Part shown: in pieces, positions 45,130-57,435 of the stretch
Layout of the letters: each line of letters starts with the position of its first letter
Numbering within the stretch: position 1 is the stretch's first letter
Assembly: GCA_017398125.1 (NCBI GenBank)
Contig: JAFQHE010000007.1
Location: 13,186-77,185 of the forward strand
Direction: 5' to 3'
Length of the DNA stretch: 64,000 nucleotides
DNA from: Bacteroidales bacterium
GTDB lineage: Bacteria; Bacteroidota; Bacteroidia; Bacteroidales; UBA932
The notes under the pieces: model-generated
Databases searched by the model: none
Seen by the model: only the letters and a program-made list of their open reading frames with translations
What the model was told of the DNA's origin: nothing
Translations under genes and position numbers: made by a program

Positions 45130-45149
45130 TTTTAAAAGAACCTTAGAAT

Positions 45150-45208
45150 AATCGGCAGTTACGCCTGGAGTGGTCTGATATATCTTCAAGCAGAAACAAC
45201 TGCCGATT
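45150..45208. repeat. 11-bp perfect inverted repeat (aatcggcagtt / aactgccgatt) with 37-nt spacer
   Basis: Read directly in the transporter-kinase intergenic region. Confidence 0.85.
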
Positions 45209-45244
45209 GTCTATATTATAGTAAATTCTTAAATATACGTCAAT

Positions 45245-46198
45245 ATGATTAAAGAGTATGTAGTTGGTGTGGATATTGGAGGCCAGACCACAAAAATAGG
45301 TGTTGTAAACAGAATGGGCAACATTGTAGCGCAGACTGTAATCAATTCAAAATATGGTCGCAATGAGGAGAATATCTTTATGGACTCTGTGTGCGAGACC
45401 ATCAAGGAGCTTGTAAAAGAAGTTGGTCTTGAAAACGTGAATGGTGTTGGTATTGGCGCACCAAACGGAAACTTCTATACAGGAGAGGTGGTTGATGCTG
45501 CCAACCTTGAGTGGGCAAAAGGCAAGGCAATTCCATTGGCAAAGACCATTTCGGAAAAATTGGGAGGCATCCCTGTTACCCTTACAAATGATGCAAATGC
45601 TGCAGCGGTGGGAGAGATGCATTATGGTGCTGCAAAAGGAATGAAGAACTTCATCATGATTACTTTGGGTACAGGTGTAGGCAGCGGAATCATTATTAAT
45701 GGAGAACTTGTTTATGGTCACGACGGCTTTGCTGGAGAACTTGGACACGTTTGCGCTGTACGTGAGAACGGCCGTTCTTGCGGATGTGGCAAGAGTGGTT
45801 GTCTTGAGGCCTATGCATCTGCAATCGGTGTCGCACGTACTGCAAAGGAGAGACTTGCGCAGAGTGATGAGCCAAGCCTTTTGAGAGGCAAGGAGGATAT
45901 AACTTCAAAGGATGTGTATGATGCGGCAGTACAAGGTGATAAACTGGCTCTTGACATCTTTGACTACACAGGAAGGATGTTGGGCCGTTCATTCGCAGAT
46001 TTTGTGGCCTTCAGCGCACCACAGGCAATTGTCCTTTTCGGAGGCCTTGCACGTGCAGGCGAGTTTATCTTCAAACCTATCAGGGAGGAGATGGAGGCAA
46101 ACCTTATCTCAATATGGAAAGGTAAAGTTGAACTATTGCCTTCTGCATTGAAGGAGAGCGATGCTGCAATTCTTGGCGCATCAGCCCTTGCGTGGTAG
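45245..46198 (+). CDS. ROK-family sugar kinase (glucokinase-like)
   Basis: 317-aa ORF with N-terminal GVDIGGQTTK ATPase motif and ROK zinc motif CGCGKSGCLEAY. Confidence 0.85.
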   Translation: MIKEYVVGVDIGGQTTKIGVVNRMGNIVAQTVINSKYGRNEENIFMDSVCETIKELVKEVGLENVNGVGIGAPNGNFYTGEVVDAANLEWAKGKAIPLAKTISEKLGGIPVTLTNDANAAAVGEMHYGAAKGMKNFIMITLGTGVGSGIIINGELVYGHDGFAGELGHVCAVRENGRSCGCGKSGCLEAYASAIGVARTAKERLAQSDEPSLLRGKEDITSKDVYDAAVQGDKLALDIFDYTGRMLGRSFADFVAFSAPQAIVLFGGLARAGEFIFKPIREEMEANLISIWKGKVELLPSALKESDAAILGASALAW

Positions 46199-46221
46199 TT
46201 TTTTGTTAAAGATATAATTAA

Positions 46222-46262
46222 AAGAAGGGTCTCCATCTGCAATTTGTATGGACACCCTTCTT
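46222..46262. terminator. hairpin between convergent genes (bidirectional terminator candidate)
   Basis: aagaagggt...acccttctt outer stem with imperfect inner pairing, flanked by T/A runs. Confidence 0.55.
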
Positions 46263-46282
46263 TGCTATTTGTCGGGAACCAA

Positions 46283-47215
46283 CTACGAGTTGTTCCTGAT
46301 GTTTTCTGCGATTTTTTCTACAAGGCATGTGCGGGCCTCCTGGCTTGCCCAGCCGATGTGAGGGGTGAGGATTACCTTGCTCATATCCTTGATGTTGAAG
46401 TATGGAGAGTCCTTTGGTAGAGGCTCTTTTGTGAATACGTCAACTCCGGCACCTGCAATGAGATTCTCATTGAGGGCCTGTACAAGGTCAGCCTCATTGA
46501 TGATTCCGCCACGGCCAAGATTGATGATGTAGGCACTTTTCTTCATCTGTTTCAAGTGCTCATATTTTATAAGGTCATTGGTGCGCTCGTTAAGTGGGGC
46601 ATGGATTGAGACTATATCGCACTCCTGCATAAGTTCATCAAGTGAAACTGCCTTGAATTCATCTGAATGGGCAACACCGCTTGTAGGGTAGTAGACAACA
46701 TCCATCTCAAATGCCTGGGCAATTTTTGCTACGCGTGAGCCAATGTTGCCAAGGCCTACAACGCCATACTTTTTGCCTTTAAGCTGCCAGAAGATCTTTG
46801 ATACATCTGTAAAGAGGCGTCCGTTTGAATATTTGCCGGATTTTACAGCATCATCAAAGTAGGCAACCTGGTTTACAAGTGCCATTACAAGTGAGAATGT
46901 GATCTGCACTACACTGTCGGTTGAGTAGCCTATTGCATTCTTTACAATTACGCCCTTGCTGTTTGCGTATGGAATGTCTATATTGTTTGTTCCGGTTGCG
47001 GCAACGCAAATGAGTTTGAGGTTAGGAGCAGCATCAATCTGCTCTTTGCCCATAATGACTTTGTTTACAATAAGTACGTCACAATCCTGTATTCTCTCAA
47101 AAACCTCTTCTGGCTTTGTGAAGGGGTAACTTGTATATTCACCGAGTGATGAGATTGGCGACATGTCAATGTCTGCACCAATTGTATCTGCATCAAGAAA
47201 TACTATTTTTCTCAT
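46283..47215 (-). CDS. D-isomer-specific 2-hydroxyacid dehydrogenase (glycerate/hydroxypyruvate reductase-like)
   Basis: 310-aa ORF with NAD motif VGLGNIGSRVA, RGGIINE, and a catalytic His near PHIGWAS. Confidence 0.85.
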   Translation of the reverse strand: MRKIVFLDADTIGADIDMSPISSLGEYTSYPFTKPEEVFERIQDCDVLIVNKVIMGKEQIDAAPNLKLICVAATGTNNIDIPYANSKGVIVKNAIGYSTDSVVQITFSLVMALVNQVAYFDDAVKSGKYSNGRLFTDVSKIFWQLKGKKYGVVGLGNIGSRVAKIAQAFEMDVVYYPTSGVAHSDEFKAVSLDELMQECDIVSIHAPLNERTNDLIKYEHLKQMKKSAYIINLGRGGIINEADLVQALNENLIAGAGVDVFTKEPLPKDSPYFNIKDMSKVILTPHIGWASQEARTCLVEKIAENIRNNS

Positions 47216-47283
47216 ATATCTTCTTCTTTTGAAATCTCTTCTTCTAAGTCTATTGGATATGATCTTATATGCCGGTTTTGATC

Positions 47284-48111
47284 CTATTTCAGCGGCGAAT
47301 TAGGCTCCTTCTTCATATAGTTGTATTCAAGCTTGTCAACAAGACGCGGGAAGAACTTGTTGAGCCATACTGTAAGGTTGCCGATAGGGGTAAGCACTAT
47401 CTGTGATTTTCTTTTGATAATGCCTTTTGCCATTCTTGATGCAACCTCCTCTGCACTCATCATCTTATCCTCGTCCCTAGGAGTTTCGCCCTGCTGGCTG
47501 CCGTCGGCAGTTAGCGCTACGTTCCTGATGTTTGAAGTTGTAAAGCCTGGTGCAAATACCATAACATGCAAGCCGTCGTGAAGGTGCTCAATTCTCAATG
47601 TGTCAAGGAAGCCGTAGATGGCAAATTTTGAAGATGAATATCCTGTACGTGCAGGAAGGCCTTTGAAGCCTGCAATTGAAATTACACCAACAACGGAGCC
47701 TTTTGCCTCAAGCAGATATGGCAATGCGTATTTGGTACAATATACCGTTCCCCAGAAGTTTACATCCATGAGGTTTCTGATTACACTCAAGTCAAGATCC
47801 TTGAACATGGCACGCATTGATATTCCGGCGTTGTTTACAAGAATGTCAATCCTGCCAAAATGTTCCACACTCTTTGCTACAAGGTTTTTGCAATCCTCCT
47901 CTTTGCTTACATCAGCTGTAACGGCAATGAATCTGCTCTTGCCGTTTACATCTTTGCCATATTGGGAGTTGAGTTCCTGAACTGTAGATTCAAGTTTTGA
48001 GGTGTTTCTGGCTGCCAGTACAACACTCGCACCCCTCGATGCAAACTCCTTTACGGTTGCCAGGCCAATACCTGAACTGGCACCTGTAACTATTGCTACT
48101 TTTCCTTTCAT
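47284..48111 (-). CDS. classical SDR oxidoreductase (candidate 3-keto-sphingoid/3-keto-capnoid base reductase)
   Basis: 275-aa ORF with TGASSGIG, NNAG and YSSSK (YxxxK). Immediately downstream of an alpha-oxoamine synthase gene. Confidence 0.8.
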   Translation of the reverse strand: MKGKVAIVTGASSGIGLATVKEFASRGASVVLAARNTSKLESTVQELNSQYGKDVNGKSRFIAVTADVSKEEDCKNLVAKSVEHFGRIDILVNNAGISMRAMFKDLDLSVIRNLMDVNFWGTVYCTKYALPYLLEAKGSVVGVISIAGFKGLPARTGYSSSKFAIYGFLDTLRIEHLHDGLHVMVFAPGFTTSNIRNVALTADGSQQGETPRDEDKMMSAEEVASRMAKGIIKRKSQIVLTPIGNLTVWLNKFFPRLVDKLEYNYMKKEPNSPLK

Positions 48112-48155
48112 AGTTCTGTTCCTGTTTTAGAGTAACTCTAAAAGATATAATAAAA

Positions 48156-48183
48156 AAGAGGGGAGACCTCTGCCACCCCTCTT
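48156..48183 (-). terminator. intrinsic terminator between the alpha-oxoamine synthase and SDR genes
   Basis: aagagggg...cccctctt GC-rich stem. On the minus strand it is followed by tttttt (plus-strand A-run 48152-48157). Confidence 0.6.
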
Positions 48184-48198
48184 TTAATATGTTGATTT

Positions 48199-49455
48199 CT
48201 AGTAAATGGCCATATCTTGAATCTCTGTAGAACCTTTGTATTCTCCAGCCTCAAGTTTTTTCTTGACAGCCTCAAATGCTTTAAGAGTATACTCCACATG
48301 CTCCATCTCGTGCATTGCTGTAGGGATAAGACGGTACATGATAACACCCTTAGGTACAACTGGGTATACTACGCATGAGCAGAAGATGCCATAGTTCTCT
48401 CTAAGGTCAACAAGCATATTTGTAGCCTCAGGAACATCTCCTTTCATAAATACAGGAGTGATACAAGCCTCTGCAACTCCAATATCAAAGCCTCTCTCTC
48501 TCAAACCGTCTTGTAGAGCGCGGGTAATCTTGAAAAGTTTCTCACGTTTGTCGTGACCTTTTCTAATGATGTCCAATCTCTTCAAACAGCCCTCAACGAT
48601 TGGCATAGGAAGCGATTTTGCATAGATCTGTGAACGTAGGTTGTATCTCAAGTAGTTGATGATCTCTTTGTCACCTGCTACGAAACCTCCGATACAAGCC
48701 ATTGATTTTGCATATGCACCAAAGTAAAGGTCTACCTGATCCATAACACCATAGTGCTCAGATGTACCTCTACCGTTAGGGCCCATACAGCCAAAGCCGT
48801 GAGCATCATCAATAAGTATTCTGAAGTTATATTTCTCTTTAAGTTTGCAGATAAGGTCAAGTCTGCCAAGACCACCTGTCATACCATATACGCCCTCAGT
48901 AATCAAAAGGATTCCGCCACCAGTTTTCTCTGTAAGTTTGGTAGCTCTCTGTAGGGCCTTCTCGCATCTTTCCATATCATTGTGAGGATAGACGATTCTC
49001 TGACCCATGTGAAGACGTACACCGTCCATAATGCAAGCATGAGCCTCAGAGTCATAAACAATAACGTCATGTCTTGTAACAAGAGCGTCAATTGTAGAAA
49101 TCATACCCTGATAACCGAAGTTGAAAAGATAAGCATCCTCCTTGCACTCGAACTCTGCCAACTCTCTCTCCAACTGCTCGTGAAGTGAAGTGTGGCCACT
49201 CATCATTCTGGCACCCATAGGGTATGCAAGACCCCATTTTGCAGCTGCCTCAGCATCAATTTTTCTAACCTCAGGATCGTTTGCAAGACCAAGGTAGTTA
49301 TTGAATGTCCAAGCAAGGACCTTTTTGCCGTTGAAAGTCATGTAAGGGCCAATCTCTCCCTCAAGTTTAGGGAACATGAAATAGCCATGTGCTCTTTTTC
49401 TGTACTGTCCTAATGGACCGCCTTCGTCTTTTTTAATTCTTTCAAAAATATCCAT
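48199..49455 (-). CDS. alpha-oxoamine synthase family acyltransferase (serine palmitoyltransferase / cysteate-fatty-acyl transferase-like)
   Basis: 418-aa ORF with NNYLGLANDPEV, DSEAHACIMDG and IDDAHGFG. PLP-lysine region GAYAKSMACIGGF, and YPVVPKG near the C-terminus. Confidence 0.8.
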   Translation of the reverse strand: MDIFERIKKDEGGPLGQYRKRAHGYFMFPKLEGEIGPYMTFNGKKVLAWTFNNYLGLANDPEVRKIDAEAAAKWGLAYPMGARMMSGHTSLHEQLERELAEFECKEDAYLFNFGYQGMISTIDALVTRHDVIVYDSEAHACIMDGVRLHMGQRIVYPHNDMERCEKALQRATKLTEKTGGGILLITEGVYGMTGGLGRLDLICKLKEKYNFRILIDDAHGFGCMGPNGRGTSEHYGVMDQVDLYFGAYAKSMACIGGFVAGDKEIINYLRYNLRSQIYAKSLPMPIVEGCLKRLDIIRKGHDKREKLFKITRALQDGLRERGFDIGVAEACITPVFMKGDVPEATNMLVDLRENYGIFCSCVVYPVVPKGVIMYRLIPTAMHEMEHVEYTLKAFEAVKKKLEAGEYKGSTEIQDMAIY

Positions 49456-49538
49456 TGTAATTGGTATTAGGTTATTATTATTTCAGTTAATCTTCTTCTT
49501 TTGTCCCGACAGCAACTGCCATCATTATTCCTGTCCAA

Positions 49539-52497
<2,959 letters not shown>

Positions 52498-52522
52498 TTA
52501 AACGTGCGAAGATACTAAAAAA

Positions 52523-54268
52523 TCACAATTTTACCAATACTCCGGCGGTAAAACTTACCCCTTTTTCAAGATATAGCGGTATATGCTGAATTTGAGCATT
52601 CAAGAGATTGTCACCACGTAAAAAGAGTGCAAAATTCCTGTTGAAAAGGTAGCTTGCGTCAATACCAAGGTTACAGTATCCTTTAGCCTCGTAACCATCT
52701 GAAATTGGTGCAGTTGAATTGATGTCAGCTGTAATGCCTAAGAATATTCTCTCCCTTAGATTGTATCTTCCGTATACAATCAGATTGAATGGTGCATATC
52801 CGTATGGTTTGAGTCCGTCGGCAAAAGTGCTCTTTTTGCCATCGGAATAGATTGAGTACCTGAAACTTGTCCCGGCATCAAGATTCCTGCTTTTCCAGCT
52901 TATTGAGGCACCTGCGGAGAACTCTTTGTGGTTTGAGTATATTGCCTCAATTGTAGCATGTTTGCCGGTAGTATCAGATGGTTGGCCGATGAACTGCAAC
53001 AGCCCTTTATGGACTGCATATTTCACATAAACATCGTAATGCAGTTTACCCCAAGCCTCTCCTTTGAATCCTCCGCGTGTCAAGAATGGCGTAGAACCTG
53101 CCTTCAAGTCAGACAGCGGTGAGATCCATTTGTTCTGCTGCAATAGGTGAGAGTAGCTGTTGATGTTGTTGCCTCCGTCTATAAGCGCGTAAACCCAAAG
53201 ATTATCCTTTATCAGATTGAACAGAAGTTCAGCCTTGGCAAAGATGTACCTGTGATTGTTGTCTGTAGAATCCTTGCTTTTGTATCTTCCCGACAGTTTT
53301 ATTCCGGCCTTCAGCGAAAATCTGCCTTTGAAGAATTCGTATTGGGGAGTAATTTCATAGATGCCGTATTTGTAATCCTGCAGACCGGAATAGATTACAT
53401 TTTCGGAGTTCAATCCAATTGACAATCTGTTGTATCTGCCATTCAATGGCGATATTTCACCGGTGCCCTTTATATAGTTTTCACCAAGTTTGCCGCTTTG
53501 CAGATTCATTGCGCCAATCATCTCCGATGAGAGTTTGTCTGACGTGTTCCTGTACTCGATGTCAAACCTGTAATTGAACTTAGCGTAGCCTCTTCTTCCG
53601 TGGGTCGAAAAAATGTTGAACATGAGACCAAACTGGTCATATTTGTGAGACATATCATCTTCTCCGTAGCCGTATAAAGTATAAAAATTGTTGCTGTAGC
53701 CAACACCAATATTTAGCTCACCGGTTTTCCATCTGTAGTCATAATCAGCCTGGGCTCCAATTACAGAGTTTGAGGCATCCCTCTTTTCTCCGTTTACCCT
53801 TTCAATTTTACCATTCTGACCCTCAAAGGCAATGTGGTTCTTTCCATAATACCCATCGTATGAGCCTTTTAGTGACAGATAACTGCCACCTTTCAGTTTA
53901 GGCTCAAAAGTGATTGCAGCAAACGGACTGATAGGGTATCCCAGTCCCGCCTTTGCCAGAAAAACAGGATGTCTCTCTTGTGCTGCACCCTGTATTCTTG
54001 CAGAAGGTAGAGGGGTGAATTCATAGAGATCCCTGTAGGGTTTGTCAAATATCGTGTAGTTGAAGTCGAGATTGAATGATGTTAGACTATCGGGAATGGA
54101 ACTGTTTAAGGCCCCCTTTACAATGTTGGTCATTTTCCCATCAAAATCCTTCTCAACCTCTACAGTCGGATCTATTTTCTGCTGTGCGAAAGAGGTGCTT
54201 GCCATAAGCATAAAAGCTACAGCTATGAACAATTTGCTGAATATCTCGTGTATACTATATCTTTTCAT
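52523..54268 (-). CDS. outer-membrane beta-barrel (porin-like) protein
   Basis: ORF 52523-54271 (GTG); ATG at 54268. Signal peptide ending SFAQQ; Y/G/N-rich alternating strands. Starts 3-4 nt from the stop of the TPR gene. Confidence 0.5.
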   Translation of the reverse strand: MKRYSIHEIFSKLFIAVAFMLMASTSFAQQKIDPTVEVEKDFDGKMTNIVKGALNSSIPDSLTSFNLDFNYTIFDKPYRDLYEFTPLPSARIQGAAQERHPVFLAKAGLGYPISPFAAITFEPKLKGGSYLSLKGSYDGYYGKNHIAFEGQNGKIERVNGEKRDASNSVIGAQADYDYRWKTGELNIGVGYSNNFYTLYGYGEDDMSHKYDQFGLMFNIFSTHGRRGYAKFNYRFDIEYRNTSDKLSSEMIGAMNLQSGKLGENYIKGTGEISPLNGRYNRLSIGLNSENVIYSGLQDYKYGIYEITPQYEFFKGRFSLKAGIKLSGRYKSKDSTDNNHRYIFAKAELLFNLIKDNLWVYALIDGGNNINSYSHLLQQNKWISPLSDLKAGSTPFLTRGGFKGEAWGKLHYDVYVKYAVHKGLLQFIGQPSDTTGKHATIEAIYSNHKEFSAGASISWKSRNLDAGTSFRYSIYSDGKKSTFADGLKPYGYAPFNLIVYGRYNLRERIFLGITADINSTAPISDGYEAKGYCNLGIDASYLFNRNFALFLRGDNLLNAQIQHIPLYLEKGVSFTAGVLVKL

Positions 54269-54270
54269 CA

Positions 54271-57200
54271 CTATTTTTCCAATTTTGATAGTTTTTCAAA
54301 TCTTGTTTTGAGGAGTCCTGCAATATCATCGTTATCGTCGGCAGGCTCATAATTCTCTCTTATACTGTTGAATGTGGCCAATGCCTGTTCAATATTCCCC
54401 TGTTCAACGTAGGAGTCACCGAGGACTATGAAACTTCTTGCAAGCCAGTAGGATTCTCCTGATTTAGAGTCAGAGAATGCGAAAGTGAGGTTCTCAACAG
54501 ATTGGAAATTTCCGGTGTCGTATGCATCTTCAATCAGCAGATAAGCAGATTCTGCCCCTATGGCATCTCCTTTCTCCTTAGAGAGAAGTTTAAGAAGAGA
54601 TACAGCCTCTTCCCTGTTGTCGGTAGCAAGGTGGCTCTTGGCAAGGTGATAATTGCCAAGGCGTCTGGTTGCAGCATCAATCTTTGTATTGGCAAGCAGT
54701 TCATTGGCCTCAACTATTGTCTGTTCATAATTCCTGCACATAAAATATGACCTCATTTTTCCGACCTGCGCTTCAAGCTTGTTGTTTTCAAGTTGTGCAA
54801 TCTTGTCCAATGTCTCGTATGCGTTTACTGCCTCTTCGTACTTTTCAAGTTCAAAAGACAAGCGGCCGTAGTTGAGTGTTGAGATCTCAGAAAAGGCGCC
54901 GTCTTGAGTCTCCATCACCTTGTAGTAATATTGGGCTGCCATCTCTTTCTTTCCCTCCTTATTATAGCACTCTGCAATGTAGAAATTGGCATTTGCAACC
55001 TTTGCTGCCTGGGGGTATTGCTCCAGGAATGAGTTAAGTGCCGCAAGAGCTTCTGTATAGTTGCCGCTCAAGAATATCTGCTCGGCGGAGTTGAAAATCA
55101 TATTTTCCCGTTCGTCCGGACTTTTGACTGATGAGAGTCCCACACTGTCGAGATATGCAAGAAACAGATCAGGTCTGTTGATGCTCTGGTAGATATTCTC
55201 AATGCCGGCAAGTGCACTTTGTCCCTCTTCTGTTACAGGAGCTTGTTCAACAACCTTTTTATAGTATTCAAGGGCCTTGTCATAATCTTTCCTATTGGCA
55301 TTTATCATACCCATTTCGTTGAGGGCTTTATAGTAATATAGGCTCTCATTGGGGTTCTGTAACAGTTTATTGAGCACCACTTCAGCTTTATCATCCTCAA
55401 CATTCTGTATCCTTGTTCTTGCAAGTTCATACAGAGCCTGACTGTAGAGAGGTGAATTTCTATGTGTAGGTTTGTTGTCTGCAATCTCCTCAAGAAGGGC
55501 GCACTTTTTTATATAGTTCTCCATAAGTCCGTAAGATATGGCGGCTTGGAGCGGGGCATACAAGTCTGAATACTCCCGTTCAATGGAGAGTTTCTCATAA
55601 AGCTCGGCTGCATCCTTGTAGTTGCGCTCCATAAACATGCAGTCTGCAACTCTCAGCCTCGCCTCATAGTCATACTCCTTTGTCTGTGGCCCATGTTCAA
55701 GGTAGGTGTTGAACACTTCACGTGCCTGGGAGAACTCCCCCTTCTTGAAGAGGTTGTATCCCATATTGTAATATGATGAAGGGAACTCACTGCTGTTTCT
55801 GAACTGGTTGTTCTTTTGAAGCTGTGAGAGTATCTCCATTGATTTGTCAAAATTGTCTCTTCTGTAGTGGCACTCTGCAAGCCAGTAGTTACAGAGATTC
55901 TTCAGGCTGAAGTTGCCTGTAGGGGCCGATGCCGCCTCTTCAAAGTATGGGATTGCGTTGCCGAACGAACCGCTCCTTACAAGTTGCATTCCACGTAGAA
56001 ATGAGGCTTTCTGTAGAATCTGTCGTGAAGCAAAGGTGTGGTTCCTCATATTTTTGAGAGCCTTTATTGCGTCGGCATAGTTTCCGTTCATTATGAACTC
56101 TGTTGCAATGTAACTGTGTATTTCATCCCACTTGGCATCGGTGTGGGGATAGAATCTCAGATACTGCCCGATAGGGGTCATGTTGCGGTTGATGTCAAAT
56201 GAGAGTTTTGCATAATTGAAGAAGGCATCTTCCTTTATTGTAGGATCAAAATCGCTTTGGGCTGCCAGTTTGAAGGCCTTTTGAGCGGCTACCTTGTTTT
56301 TTAACTGTATATAGCTCTGTCCCAAATGGTAAGCTGCATTCTGCCCGATAGAATCATTTGTTCCGGCCACCTTTGAAAATGCATCAGTGGCTGCAAGATG
56401 GTTATTGAGAGTATATGCAATCATGCCGGCGTAGAAATTGTCGCTTCTGCTCAAATTTGTTCCCGACAGACTGTACAGTTCAAAATAGTACCTTGCCTTT
56501 TCTGTTTGATTCAAAGCATAATAGGCCTCTGATACTATCCTTGCGACCTTTGGCTTTGATGTCTCATCTGCTTCATTGTAAAGTGTCGGCCCTTCAGATA
56601 TAACATAGTTGTAATCCTTTAGCATAAACTTGCTCTCAGCCATGTGGAGTCTGCTTAGAAGTGCGAACCTTGAATCATTCCTCGATTTTTCAAAATGGGG
56701 AATGGCTTTGTCGAACTCCTCAGAAGCATATAGCAGATAGCCACAATAGTAGTGGGAAGGAATAAGATATGGTGTATTGCCTTCTGATATTACCCCATTG
56801 AAAATGTTTATGGCAGATGCGGTGTTGCCTGTTCTCATTTTGCAATATGCTCTTCTGAAATTGTAGCCTGGACGCTCATTTTTTGGAAGAGATCTCTTGT
56901 CTGTTGTGTCAAAAAGTTCACAGGCCTGGGCATATTTGCCCTCATCAAAATAGGATAAGGCCCTTTGGTATCTTATGCTGCTGCACAAATGTGAATATGG
57001 AAATCTCTTCTCAAATTCCTGTGCGGCCTTGTGGGCATTCGGGCTCTTGGCCATTATCAGGCAGAGTGTACGGTATCCCTCTATTTCAGCCATCAAGCCA
57101 ATATCTGCATCTTTATTTGCCACTACTATACGGCCAATCTCGTCAAATGCATTCAATGCGCTGCTGTAGAGTTTGTTGTCATATAGCTCCTTTGCCTGAT

Positions 57201-57348
57201 CAATTCCCTGAAGTATTGCTTTTGACGATATTTCCGGCAAAGTATTCTCTTGCTGTGCTATGGCCTGTTGCTGTGAAATGAATATAAAGACGGCAATTAT
57301 ATACAATGCCCTTTTGGTCTCCCTTAAAAAGTGTTTTGACAATTCCAT
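54271..57348 (-). CDS. large tetratricopeptide-repeat protein
   Basis: ORF 54271-57384; the ATG at 57348 gives a hydrophobic N-terminus (ALYIIAVFIFISQQQAIAQ). Many A/Y/L-patterned 34-residue-type repeats throughout. Confidence 0.7.
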   Translation of the reverse strand: MELSKHFLRETKRALYIIAVFIFISQQQAIAQQENTLPEISSKAILQGIDQAKELYDNKLYSSALNAFDEIGRIVVANKDADIGLMAEIEGYRTLCLIMAKSPNAHKAAQEFEKRFPYSHLCSSIRYQRALSYFDEGKYAQACELFDTTDKRSLPKNERPGYNFRRAYCKMRTGNTASAINIFNGVISEGNTPYLIPSHYYCGYLLYASEEFDKAIPHFEKSRNDSRFALLSRLHMAESKFMLKDYNYVISEGPTLYNEADETSKPKVARIVSEAYYALNQTEKARYYFELYSLSGTNLSRSDNFYAGMIAYTLNNHLAATDAFSKVAGTNDSIGQNAAYHLGQSYIQLKNKVAAQKAFKLAAQSDFDPTIKEDAFFNYAKLSFDINRNMTPIGQYLRFYPHTDAKWDEIHSYIATEFIMNGNYADAIKALKNMRNHTFASRQILQKASFLRGMQLVRSGSFGNAIPYFEEAASAPTGNFSLKNLCNYWLAECHYRRDNFDKSMEILSQLQKNNQFRNSSEFPSSYYNMGYNLFKKGEFSQAREVFNTYLEHGPQTKEYDYEARLRVADCMFMERNYKDAAELYEKLSIEREYSDLYAPLQAAISYGLMENYIKKCALLEEIADNKPTHRNSPLYSQALYELARTRIQNVEDDKAEVVLNKLLQNPNESLYYYKALNEMGMINANRKDYDKALEYYKKVVEQAPVTEEGQSALAGIENIYQSINRPDLFLAYLDSVGLSSVKSPDERENMIFNSAEQIFLSGNYTEALAALNSFLEQYPQAAKVANANFYIAECYNKEGKKEMAAQYYYKVMETQDGAFSEISTLNYGRLSFELEKYEEAVNAYETLDKIAQLENNKLEAQVGKMRSYFMCRNYEQTIVEANELLANTKIDAATRRLGNYHLAKSHLATDNREEAVSLLKLLSKEKGDAIGAESAYLLIEDAYDTGNFQSVENLTFAFSDSKSGESYWLARSFIVLGDSYVEQGNIEQALATFNSIRENYEPADDNDDIAGLLKTRFEKLSKLEK

Positions 57349-57435
57349 TCCGACTTCTGTTAATGTATGTTGTACAGTTTGCAAATGTATAAATTAATAG
57401 CCAAATTTGTATGTTTAATTTCAATTGCAAAAATT

